From a virus (Duplodnaviria > Caudoviricetes), in IMG/VR virus record IMGVR_UViG_3300048587_000084, positions 1 to 63,927 of that record: 63,927 nucleotides of DNA; one strand, written 5' to 3'. Of this stretch, positions 46,201 through 51,412 are shown one piece after another. Position numbers and translations under genes: made by a program. Below the pieces are notes generated by a model. It worked only from the letters and a program-made list of their open reading frames with translations, searched no databases and was not told where the DNA came from. Each line of letters opens with the position of its first letter. The first letter of the stretch is position 1.

Positions 46201-46714
46201 CAGCCACGCCAACCAGTGGACTCGCCAGCGCGCCAATACGGCCAGCAGCGAACGCCGGCACCATGCTCGCCGCCGTCGACGCAGCCGTGTCCACAAACAG
46301 CGCAGGGTCTGTGATCGTTTCCGCGATGCCGACGCCGAACTTTGCCAGCTCGCCATCCGCCGAGTTGATCGCATCCTGACGCTGCTGCCGCTTGAGCTTG
46401 AGTTGCGGGCTAATGCCTGCATCCCAGTATTCGCGCGTGCTCTGACCAGTGCGCGTGATCGGGTTGTTCATCTCGCCGGTGGCGAGCCCCGCAAGCGTCC
46501 CGATGTTCTCCACGGCCGAGCCCACACCGCTGGCCAGCGCGCGGCCGGTGTCGGCGATCGCGGTGCCCATGGAACGCGTGATTGGCGGCGGCTTGGCAAT
46601 GCCGGACAGGATGTCCGCATACCGACTTGCCTTCGGCTTTCGTTGCGCATCAGGTGCGCTCTGGACAGCAGGACTCTGCGGCTTTACGCCGAGAATGTCG
46701 TCATAACGACCCAT
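31298..46714 (-). CDS. 5138-aa DarB-like large polyvalent virion protein (N6 methyltransferase, SNF2 helicase, GNAT-like, zincin, ParB-like, PLxRFG)
   Basis: VLEPGMGIGNF and VIGNWPF (about 42000-42220); AHEVGTGKT, VDEAHEFK, LEQRNGRGHRQGN (about 38400-40200); RGSALYSIA (about 36300); AHEMVGH (about 35520); ILDGHNR (about 34920); VPLSRWG (about 33365). Confidence 0.9.
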   Translation of the reverse strand: MGRYDDILGVKPQSPAVQSAPDAQRKPKASRYADILSGIAKPPPITRSMGTAIADTGRALASGVGSAVENIGTLAGLATGEMNNPITRTGQSTREYWDAGISPQLKLKRQQRQDAINSADGELAKFGVGIAETITDPALFVDTAASTAASMVPAFAAGRIGALASPLVGVAAGVGTGAAQAGADASAGTYERVSDAKPEVWQSNPEYLQRVDAGEDPAAVREALALGAARTAFPGAAGVSLASQVFPGARALERAVAGAGNALPGMGRVIGAAKGGFGEATQEAIEEGGGRLFGNLAEQTVNPNAAAFEGVGEQAGLGAVGGFALGAPAGALARPPEVQPKAPPTPANISTAPEPRPEELASQAITPVPAPITRPSGPVGAAAETAVATGAAPGVTTAPAAPPLIADTAAQVPAASPERDLVADAMAVLATTKGKVPGKGKLAQKLNIDGQTEQQLFAELERLGYVSGWEKGKGRKLLVDPATGTVVDPKEIAKLDKKAQAAEQQKALEAAVRGGPEASAVAAAAEAQGTAQAPAGPTPITRLSTPPDPAAFQAKMEAKRESALTRAPRPDPAAGPTSAAAAAAFDTGAAAIAEQQRVQTEQDQQLQAQAAQQAEAERAQVQQQKVAEKQAKEADKAARQADKDRRQAEKDAQAEALKTTDADIQAVVQANIDAGKPIDGASMMAMAKKLGVTPLRVDQMRQALAQKRKATAAKASASQDLAAATTAQAVPTASAAAVQSTSVDQPETAAAQAGSTPLQAGSSQTSASVAVGTQGAAETQSYDTSTDQLEGDITPPSGSPWTIRTAADAAAKRTPGGKVIEVDGGFVVRVPKVGAVKESLTAAPDVSAKAPEANTSEATGKEGLQVAQVATPAAVKAKGDDRPVLGNISVDTLTKAEEAVWEAVRTTPERTTITIAEVKRRAAAQANGATAATAAAQEPTNAKQEAPRTEQAAEAGPAAEAAKPEALLSKRNIILRSDAIAIVRDTLKVTKKRAQEIVGEIKSEAKNLDGVTYNLKPRTVQAADVRAAIEREQAKQSSSRQIEVVEAAPAPAQPEKGIVGRRADGVMIREDERGVRWYAQGGVRIFETVSMRPTRQGMQIDRGVLQREFMTAEESAAATKDTAPTEQPKAKPAPSANTIVTDADAEAARARLKAKFNRLNSGIDPEMMLDGITLGMYHIERGARTFAAYAKAMVDDLGDAVKPYLKSWYMGVKYDPRAAGFDGMDSAASVENAVVDSTPAPAQDDVTEDSTDAAPKPTEPSVRGGDQEGVSGAQERRERDAQSGNAPPDTGDVAAAQSEDVAKPGAQQSGSAAGVRSPTEDVAGEQESQGSGNAGTGRKGAGRKKSPDAGAGSTRGTDRPGVTKPETVSPANPGPGNFHIANPLEIVGGGQVARFNKNKAAIELFVALRDEGRRPTREEQEVLAGYTGWGSFGQDLFQGSWAYPQPKQGWEQRDQWLRDHLGRSDWEGLQRSITNAHYTDPPTVMAMWEMVRRMGFKGGRVLEPGMGIGNFFGMMPLDLKERSKLAGIELDPVTGGMAQMLYPDATVKVMGYQDSKTPDDFYDLVIGNWPFENTPVADRRYNRLNPMLHDYFFLKTLDQVRPGGIVIGITSAGSMDKKGTVVRRELAKKAELLASFRLPSGAFENYAGTKVVTDIIVLRKRPEPASNVDGEAWVDTVEMDTPAGEKVRVNAYYQNNPQSVVGTIDYGHGTTTFRPGMIVHRPDDMQAQLDRIVSMVPEGAYLSATRQDAVSYIANHTSDREGALTRTDAGLFIVRGEHLAPAHEVLKYQVKSQKDTAAREAQLNALIDMRKSYGQLIEAERGTSGAAPDPIRTQLRERYEAFVKAYGPMSESFGLGYLERIDDPFYYALAALETKDGNTYRPAAILSQSTIRSAKRITNPSIRDAFVLARNGNVNPSLDEIAKIAQKPEAMVRAELVDSGAVFETPGGDIVPSDMYLSGNVREKLRQAKVALADGNDAMQRNVEALEKVQPADIPYFNIEVQMGATWVPTRAYEQFVAHMLNRGDTDGISANYTMGRWKVTVDPSLQRSTEAQTGFGTRYYRFGKLVNAAISNQTVVIKERDRDGREFVDQTATDETNAKIADMREKFGDWLWSDAERRIEIEREYNEVRNAYASPSFDGSFLNFDGMALSVGRGPFDLRQHQVNAIWRALVMRRSLNAHEVGTGKTFTMGGIAVESRRYGIAKKPVLLAHNANSKSVASEIQMMYPAAKVLYIDNLSPKAIDVRLRQIANDDWDLIVLPHSLIERLSFREETLMAMAREEIEALEAEARLAASDDGQNFTDAMLDDPDELKKLRSPTAKELVKARARIIETIKKQAQQSSREGAVPFEDLGIDMVLVDEAHEFKKPPIATRMKMKGLQTQSSLGSIQLSFLTRYVREQNNGGNVHLFTGTPITNTLTEIFHQMRYIMADEMAAVGVDQWDGWFGSFAKEIQDVELTAAGDYEAVNRLRGFINVPELRKMVGQYMDVVFSDDMPEMQPRRTASGKLLADQSLTERERAELLNGRTEGAKDRPYKKVVNETADPTPDQMRIFEGVQSLANEWRNMGGKARRDAMSAGLPVVPIVYEQLAARASFDARMENDEALAGKEGNVPDHPDSKVSRAIRNLLEIYRSDTRATQVVFTNTGLGTTANRALRDAAGGTIKDADGVTLRRQVKVFSPIRDMVERLVQQGVPRSEIEIVDGSTSKDRRKEIADAMNAGTVRIVIGSTQSLGVGVNMQRNLRAMHHLDAPWMPGDLEQRNGRGHRQGNQWNTVMEYRYITDRIDGRRWQVLAIKQKFITDFLKADGDTRVIEGDAASDEESDIISTFAEAAGDPRVLIRQKLVAQVEQLQKRERLHTQGVADAKSTARNARDGLARQRAEIDRIEKSGAQEMAAKAVADHAGDKFRITVDGVEISERKEANEAIGKFIGANMRTGADPMRIGSYGGLPLHVAWPRFYEAPVFVAVVAGEEVATGAASVASLESSLRAYTGTVDKLRARIQPALETIQRLDEVAGQKFQRADQLKRAEQQLLNLEKDIQLNPVPPPAWLRNGAAIDTKVRWNGTAFVVTGHRWNGAGWFVIAQDAKGGEVVIPYLDAKDAQGMPLYEQREFKAPIVHAKPGETPKDGTGPTPETVVQTNVSNAAPALPAPPAAGIESTPARSVVSSRPYFRNFGGDIVHEPNAKSIELSEMPDGQFYIAPGVGRDSGQFEIMEATTGLRVGLGKTRKAAIEAANKAIVENRGTIKTALEQRAFPKDKLDAEIAKLDGGNRASFSKSADAPKFTPATARAWQALAEIPGTFQRPRTYAKSFEDITKAILPDAEVVEVDDGATITVQPQKDDAGNVARDMGTTLVRVEYVRTSGGVGIAPTDIGHGTLFGYTKDGKEAFSMPVNGRADVVTEFGQEIADRLLAQSGTAGRSAGLNTHVRALTGVKVNPLGKPKAVTMTILDGELAMDASQLQEGVHRGSALYSIALAYAHNNGITFIPDPADVSEAAMQRRGEHMLSSALKTGTTKHMLPHEDQGLDWIEGDDQNNLLELIRASADNVVDNVPDLQAIDYDWDSGQFVGASGKPFTRADFQTLAESPAGRAARAGVSTLRRGVVSRSLERRAGTPAWRGVVTRLLQLGRAGLRGSELESILYARGAGDAGARGLSKAALQAQFKRAADAMQEQGIRVVVVANGAELASVAPEVVAQDDYDDTVQAAITGDRKTVYFVAARIRSPKHAAKLFAHEMVGHLSMEQMLGPKLFRELTDRIVSLKDRGKWPEVFAEVERRYERNADGTFRPLNDATFASEAIAVFAERNIQTSILQRAMNAVRAWLRKLFPQLELSHGELRQLLWEAGQKLEGRAYRSSAEKILGRPEPTTQREAMERYSFGKDGGSVGGMKRTLVDPAELVFRESEQNRLDAVREDFPGDEYFPAVTILQDDGTREILDGHNRASVAAERGHKLPIVDVSANEYQRLTAAGFDDMEIAYAALDRANEEESAEAIHSQFPGADVRKRGRMALDLMDEPPPSPDQQDTRQAPPSEGLGASGGQALFAKGKDAAPVNKRAIQLNRVMRDAGWEVEYVDLDLTGEKPTADIRVNRMDGRYLIARVDSVGRATIETFHRERSLGMTPNMKGPRPLSPQINDVFLGRQRFSGARAMLRGMTNYLADNATNAVAIEDMRRAWGAVMESPTKIAIEHDSVADVAPRQGALFAKGSEPTIVDRLQEAISPKDTTLLQRLKDKAADWRPAALGALQLRHLGELGEDLLPPVAEYADTVQHMQTLRNELQQVSIDIVEGAMKYQGANKAEALKMYRMLMDATLAGVDPAADHQPLLMLDATEQSNQPVTPANVKAFTKLMDNLAKMSPGSAQHFIARKKQAKKMLAQEKKRADSHAAMKPIWSKLSPEGKKLWVELRDAYASQSDKYQDALMESLKAAITDDRQKARMIAQLKLNFESNRVPFYVPLSRWGEYFVAATAPDGTREFHMQESTEEQRMVKKRLSAAGYTRISSGVKSKMTRQLEGASASFIAEVDKVLQESHAPDKIRNDVYQLYLTTLPEMSMRKNFIHRKGTPGFSEDVVRALASHVFHSSYQIARLKYTHKLDAQVLKAQALADSMAEVDSPDANKAGQLVGELRDRHEWVMNPQDSGAAQKLTTLGFLWYLAVSPAAALVNLLQTAMVSFPVLGARYGFDVAARELWRGFKQSARTLGNTDKIEGPGALTDDEQRAYAEFKRRGTFDKSQVHNLAGLSETDTHTYNPMLHKALSWASFLFHRAEVVNRESTSLATYRMARASGKSHDMAIELGDKAVNQTHFDYSASNRSRYMRGAVAKVLLQFKQYSMGMTWLLGRMAWKSLKDADPATRKENMRALTGTLGMTALFSGTMGLPMMGMVMGIMNALAAAFGDDDEPWDAETELRAFWREMLGEKGAEYVMRGPVQAATGMGIASRVGLGELWFRSPDREMEGQALAHYWLEQAAGPVAGGMFVSALRGMQLMEEGQVWRGVETMLPKAIKDAMKAVRYMDEGVNNMRGDPVVDDLGVIPTIAQLMGMAPAAVANAYDIRGDVKGYADYIKARRTRLMDAFAMAWRLGDTDAQEDVRVKMMAFSRKYPELAITSDSIRKSFQQRARFSAQAENGVVVDPRIKARLESQLGMAQ
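35815..36048 (-). CDS. putative nested gene (+1 frame, 77 aa) inside the giant gene
   Basis: MTGTADNSLVQAESRLRALISKH...; GC3-rich codons, while the host frame switches to rare AGA/CGA/GGA/GTA codons. Confidence 0.5.
   Translation of the reverse strand: MTGTADNSLVQAESRLRALISKHSPSPQQAERREREYQRFVVEWCRDPWNAEQARLHGEGWLRACFSSAALAYAGQS
42628..42960 (-). CDS. putative nested gene (+1 frame, 110 aa, TnpV-like pattern) inside the giant gene
   Basis: GGAGG-N9-ATG; RRILETWRLHSPKMWRSLE...AREQAERNHLMLEPE; the host frame here is a low-complexity linker. Confidence 0.72.
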   Translation of the reverse strand: MQHQSQLSPAFAAAIRKEYQALKNDESVMHNLEMHRRILETWRLHSPKMWRSLERNNLAVPLAFVLQQRMWQESKSLREAGMPAPDAREQAERNHLMLEPEAQEEQIAQA

Positions 46715-48276
46715 TACTGTGCCCCTTGCGGTGCGCCGAAGTACCGATCCTGAATCGCCGCGGTCTTTGCTGGGTCGCCCGCAGCCTGATTGAGCGCATC
46801 CATGTACTCGATGTATGCCTGCTCCTGCGGCGTTACCGGGTCCAGTCGATTACCGCGAGCATCGAATCGGCGATCTACCTTGGCCGTTTTGACCTCCCCC
46901 CCGAACCCGCGCGAGATTGGGATCTCGAACGAAGACGTGAACGGCTGGCCTGGCTCAATGTTCTGCAGTTTGGCCCATTGCTGGGTGGCGGCCGGATCGC
47001 CAGCAAGCATCTGGGTTTGCAGTTCTTGCATTTTCTGCGCCTGCTGCAGCTGCAGCTGCTGCGCCTGGGTCTGCACCTGCGTTTGCTCGTTGGCCAGCCC
47101 CTGCGTCTGCTGATCCATGCCCAGGCGCTGTTGCTCCATCGCAAGGCGCGTGGCGTCGTTGGGGTCTGGGCGCGTCATTGGCGTGATGCGCGGCGGCTGC
47201 GCGATCGAAGCGGTTTGCGCAGCCTCCTGCAGCGCGGCAGCCTTCCCGGCATCGCCGTACTTTGCCGCGCGCGTCGCACGCTCATTGAAATCGCGCACTT
47301 TGTAGTCCCGGCCCTGCCTGTCCAGGTTGTCGGCCTGCGCTGCCCGGTCCTCAGCCGTGAAGCCTCGCGGCGCGCGGCTGATCACCCCAGGCGTAACCCC
47401 GCCACTGACCATCGATGCCGCAACACCCGGCGCTGGCGTGCCCATCGGCATCACGTTGCGGCCGGCATACTCGTCAATGAGCCCGCGGTTCTTGTCCACC
47501 CACGCCTGGTCGTACTGCACCGATCCATCGGCTCCGACCAGTGGCGCACCCGGCAGCGCACGCCCACCGACCTGCTCACCATTGACCGTGCGCCGTTCGC
47601 TGAGCGCTACCTGCCCCGGCGCCGCTTCGTTGGCTTTGCCCGACCTGCCGTCGCCGCGAAATGCGATGAATGTGCTGTCGGACGGCGGCGTGGCAATTCC
47701 AGCCGGCGCGGATTGGCCCTGCACTGGCGGCGGCCGCGTCACGGGCCCAACCGTTGGCGGCTGCGCTGGTTGCTGCGGCATGAACCCAGGCGCCTGCGGC
47801 GGCCATGCCGCGCCAGGTGCGGCTGGCTGGGTGCTGCGGGCGATGGCTGCGGGGACGGCCGGCGGTGGGGCAGCCATCGATGGCTGCTGTTGCGCAGCGG
47901 TAGGCTCTCGCATCGGCGGCCCAGGAACGCCTGGCCAGCCAGAATTGAACCGCGGCCTCGTGTCGACAGCTGCTCGCACCTCTGGCAACGCGCGATGGCC
48001 GCGCTTGGTGGGGCTTGGAGACGCCTGCATCACAGGAGGCGCAGCGATCCCCGGAGCCGGCGGCCCAATCTGACTGGGCATCGGCTGCCCTCCGCGCGCT
48101 AGCCTGCTATCCACCAGCTTCGCAGCAGCGGCGCCAGGCGAGAAATGGTTGGTGACGGGCGCGAACATCGCCGCGTCCCGCCGCAGCTTCGGCGCCACGA
48201 CGTCGTTGACCACTGGCGCGCTGCCGATCGCCCCTGCTTTCTGGCGCTGTCGCGTGTACGTATCGTCATTGAACAT
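46714..48276 (-). CDS. putative internal virion/ejection protein
   Basis: 520 aa, Pro/Ala/Gln-rich, coupled to the giant gene. Confidence 0.65.
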   Translation of the reverse strand: MFNDDTYTRQRQKAGAIGSAPVVNDVVAPKLRRDAAMFAPVTNHFSPGAAAAKLVDSRLARGGQPMPSQIGPPAPGIAAPPVMQASPSPTKRGHRALPEVRAAVDTRPRFNSGWPGVPGPPMREPTAAQQQPSMAAPPPAVPAAIARSTQPAAPGAAWPPQAPGFMPQQPAQPPTVGPVTRPPPVQGQSAPAGIATPPSDSTFIAFRGDGRSGKANEAAPGQVALSERRTVNGEQVGGRALPGAPLVGADGSVQYDQAWVDKNRGLIDEYAGRNVMPMGTPAPGVAASMVSGGVTPGVISRAPRGFTAEDRAAQADNLDRQGRDYKVRDFNERATRAAKYGDAGKAAALQEAAQTASIAQPPRITPMTRPDPNDATRLAMEQQRLGMDQQTQGLANEQTQVQTQAQQLQLQQAQKMQELQTQMLAGDPAATQQWAKLQNIEPGQPFTSSFEIPISRGFGGEVKTAKVDRRFDARGNRLDPVTPQEQAYIEYMDALNQAAGDPAKTAAIQDRYFGAPQGAQ

Positions 48277-48278
48277 GG

Positions 48279-50201
48279 CTACGCCTCGTGGTTATAGCTG
48301 TGGGTTTCTGAATACGAGTTGCTGCTGCTGCCACTGGCCGAACCGTTGCCGCTAAGACTGGCCTGCACGTGCATGGCACTCATCGCACCCGCCGACAGTT
48401 GCGCGCCCATGGCGCCGGCTGCCTTGAGCGCTTCACTCAGGATCTGGGCTTGTGCCAGCAGCCTGCTTTGCCGATCGGTGTACTGGCGGCTGGCGATCTC
48501 GATGCCGGCGATTACGTTGCGCAGTCGCGCCTCGATGACCTGCACGCGCAGGTTTCGCTCGGTGCTGTCGGCCTGCAGCTCTGCGGAGTAGCGCCCGAGG
48601 TCTGCCCGGAACCCTTCGGCCTTGGCCTGGATCTCGGACACCTCGGCGCGGACGCGGTCGCTCTCGGCGCGCGTGGCGCTGTCGAACTTCTGCACGCTGG
48701 CCAGCAGAGCATCACGGCGCGCGCCGATGCGGCCGAGCTTGATGTTCTCGGTCGTTCCGAAAGCATCGACGGTGGCCGCGAACGCGCGCGACTCACTGTC
48801 ATACATGCCAGCGCGCGCCGCGGCTGCGCGGGTCTGCGCCTCGTAGGCGTCGAACTCCACCTTGCGCGCGCCGATGCGCTCTGCCCACGCCTGTACCTCG
48901 GTGCGGTAGATGTCGGCCTTCGTGCGCTCGATCTCGGCGTTGGCCTGCGCCGCGCTGATGTCGGCGCGGTAGATCTCCACCAGGTTCTTGATCGCGTCCA
49001 AGCGCGCCGAATACTGGCGGATCAGCTGCTCGTTGACCGTACCCTTGAGCGCCTCGGCCTCGATGTAGAGTTTCAGCGCTTCCAGCGGCGCCAGCGCAGC
49101 GCGCAGCTGCGCCTCGAAGATCTGCACCTTGACCGAGCGGGCGGCCTGTTTGCTGTTGAACAGCGCGATGTAGACGTTGACCAGCGCCACTTCGGCGGCT
49201 GATCGCTGCACCGCAGCTTCCAGCGCGCGCGACGCAGCGGCGTTGAACAGCCCGATCAGCATCGTTTCGCACGCGATTCCCTGCGACACGGCGTTGCGCA
49301 GGTTTTCCTGCTCCCACTCTGCGCTCTTGATATAGATCTCGCGACTGAGTACCTGGCTGGCGAGCTGGTTGCGCTCGATGACCTGCGCCACCGCATCCAC
49401 CAGCACGCCGGGCGGCAGCTCGTAGCCGCGGGCAGCAATCGCCGCGTGCGTGTCGTCGATCGCCTTGCGCGCGGCGGTGTCCTCACGAGCGCGGCCGCGC
49501 TCGAACAGCGCTACCTCGACAGCCGGGTGCATGCCGGTGCCACCAGCCATCCAGCGGCGGATCTGCGCCGTGATGTCGGCTTGTAGCGTGGCCGTATAGG
49601 TCGGCTCGGTATAGCTGAACCCGGCGCTTGGCATCGGACCCTGATACTGCGGATCTTCGCCTGCTTCGAGCGTCGGCAGCGTCGGGAACGCCACTTGCGG
49701 GATGGTGATCTCGATCAGCGTCGGTTCCGGCACGTTCGGCAGCATCGGACGCTCCGGAATGACGATCTCGGCCAGCGTTGGCGCTGTTGGTGCGTCGCTA
49801 ACCTGAATCGGTGCCGGCGGGCGTGGCACCTCGAAGCTGGTGATCGACGGCGTGAACGTCGGCGCCGTGCCCCAGGTGATGCCCTCGTCGAAACTGAGCG
49901 TTTCGTAGTTCGGCATCACAAACGGGTCGATCTCGCCCAGCAACGTCACATCCGGGGTATTCAGCTGCGCGCGCGGCGGCAAAGTAACGTCAGGAATCGT
50001 GATCGCAGGTGGAGGTGTATCTCCGGGCAGAAACCTGCCAATTCCCTGCAGGCCCTCGATTGCGGTGAATACGACGTCACTGAACTGGTTTACGCGCTCA
50101 TCCATCGCCGCCATCTGCTGCACGACAACGCCCGCCGGGAACTCATACACGTATGGCATTGACGGCACTTCTGGGAATGTTACATCGGGCTGGAGCGGCA
50201 T
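48279..50201 (-). CDS. coiled-coil virion (ejection-type) protein
   Basis: 640 aa, Pro-rich N-terminus, AARGYELPPG, long Ala/Glu helices. Confidence 0.7.
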   Translation of the reverse strand: MPLQPDVTFPEVPSMPYVYEFPAGVVVQQMAAMDERVNQFSDVVFTAIEGLQGIGRFLPGDTPPPAITIPDVTLPPRAQLNTPDVTLLGEIDPFVMPNYETLSFDEGITWGTAPTFTPSITSFEVPRPPAPIQVSDAPTAPTLAEIVIPERPMLPNVPEPTLIEITIPQVAFPTLPTLEAGEDPQYQGPMPSAGFSYTEPTYTATLQADITAQIRRWMAGGTGMHPAVEVALFERGRAREDTAARKAIDDTHAAIAARGYELPPGVLVDAVAQVIERNQLASQVLSREIYIKSAEWEQENLRNAVSQGIACETMLIGLFNAAASRALEAAVQRSAAEVALVNVYIALFNSKQAARSVKVQIFEAQLRAALAPLEALKLYIEAEALKGTVNEQLIRQYSARLDAIKNLVEIYRADISAAQANAEIERTKADIYRTEVQAWAERIGARKVEFDAYEAQTRAAAARAGMYDSESRAFAATVDAFGTTENIKLGRIGARRDALLASVQKFDSATRAESDRVRAEVSEIQAKAEGFRADLGRYSAELQADSTERNLRVQVIEARLRNVIAGIEIASRQYTDRQSRLLAQAQILSEALKAAGAMGAQLSAGAMSAMHVQASLSGNGSASGSSSNSYSETHSYNHEA

Positions 50202-51412
50202 CAGAGTCTCCTGGACGTCTGCAACGCGATTGGCGTCATGTCATGTATGGCGAACGGCACGCCGTCCTCAGTGGTCACGGTGATGCGGTAGTACCGATTG
50301 CGTAGCCCGCGCCCGAACTTGCAGCGCGTTGTGACTGGCACAGCGGCCGCGCGCGCCGGAACGGTGTAGTCATAGGTAACTTCCTCGCTGCCTTCCTGCG
50401 TGTTGCCCACGGATACCAGCAACCCGGACTCGCCGGTGAGCGCGAGATACACGCCCTCCATGCGCCACTGCTCGATCGGGCGTCCGTACTTGTTGGCGGC
50501 CAGATCAGCCGTGTCGAGTAGCCCGGTGCTGAACGCTTGCGACGTGAGCGCCGCGCCCTGGTCGGTGGCACCGGTCATGGCCACGATGCCGGCGTCAGTG
50601 CCCAGCAGCAGTAGCCCGAACGCGCTGCATGAGCTGTTGGCCGGCGTGTTGCTGTACTGGCTGATCGCCAGCAGGTCAGTGCTTGCCGTCCACGCGCCGT
50701 CGATCGCGTCCTCGCTGGTGCGTAGCTGGTCGTCGGCATAGGCTTGGTCGTACAGCGACAGCTGCAGTGCCGTGCTCCACGCCAGCGCATCGCTGCCGCG
50801 CGCAGCATCGGCGTAGTTACCCCTGAACCGCAGCGTGTAGCTGAACGTGTCGCTGGCTGTCGCGCCATCGGCGTAGGCCTTGCGCAGCTTCATGCGCCTG
50901 CTGAGCGCGTCATTGCCGGTGGCGCCATCGGTGTAGATGCCGCGGGACCGCGGCAGGAACACCTCACTGGCAGTCGCCGCGTCCGTGACCGCACACACCA
51001 GCCGCATGTGTGGTGTCAGCGTTTCGCTCGCGCGTGCGCCGTCGGTCAGCGATATGCCGTAGCGCCAGCTCCAGGTTACTGAATCACCACCGGTCGCTTC
51101 ATCGGTCGCCGTTGCGCGGCTACGGGGCAGGAATGCGTCGCTTCCTGTGGCGCCGTCGGAATACTGCCGCGTGAGTGCCATGTGCGGCGTAAGCACGTCG
51201 CCAGCAGTGGCGCCGTCGATGATCGCGGCGCGGCCTGCGCACGACAGCGCGTCATCAGCGGTGGCGCCATCGGACAGCACTACCTTGCCGCTCATTGCCA
51301 GCGCATCGGCGCCTGTGGCCGCGTCGGTCAGCGCATAGACCCACCGGAACGTTAGGCTTTCGCTCGCGGTTGCGCCGTCAGTGTAGTGCTCGCATTGGTC
51401 AGCCATCGACAA
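50201..51412 (-). CDS. virion protein with about 20-aa DGAT(A/G)SD repeats
   Basis: many repeats, C-terminal KFGRGLRNRYY. Confidence 0.7.
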   Translation of the reverse strand: MSMADQCEHYTDGATASESLTFRWVYALTDAATGADALAMSGKVVLSDGATADDALSCAGRAAIIDGATAGDVLTPHMALTRQYSDGATGSDAFLPRSRATATDEATGGDSVTWSWRYGISLTDGARASETLTPHMRLVCAVTDAATASEVFLPRSRGIYTDGATGNDALSRRMKLRKAYADGATASDTFSYTLRFRGNYADAARGSDALAWSTALQLSLYDQAYADDQLRTSEDAIDGAWTASTDLLAISQYSNTPANSSCSAFGLLLLGTDAGIVAMTGATDQGAALTSQAFSTGLLDTADLAANKYGRPIEQWRMEGVYLALTGESGLLVSVGNTQEGSEEVTYDYTVPARAAAVPVTTRCKFGRGLRNRYYRITVTTEDGVPFAIHDMTPIALQTSRRL

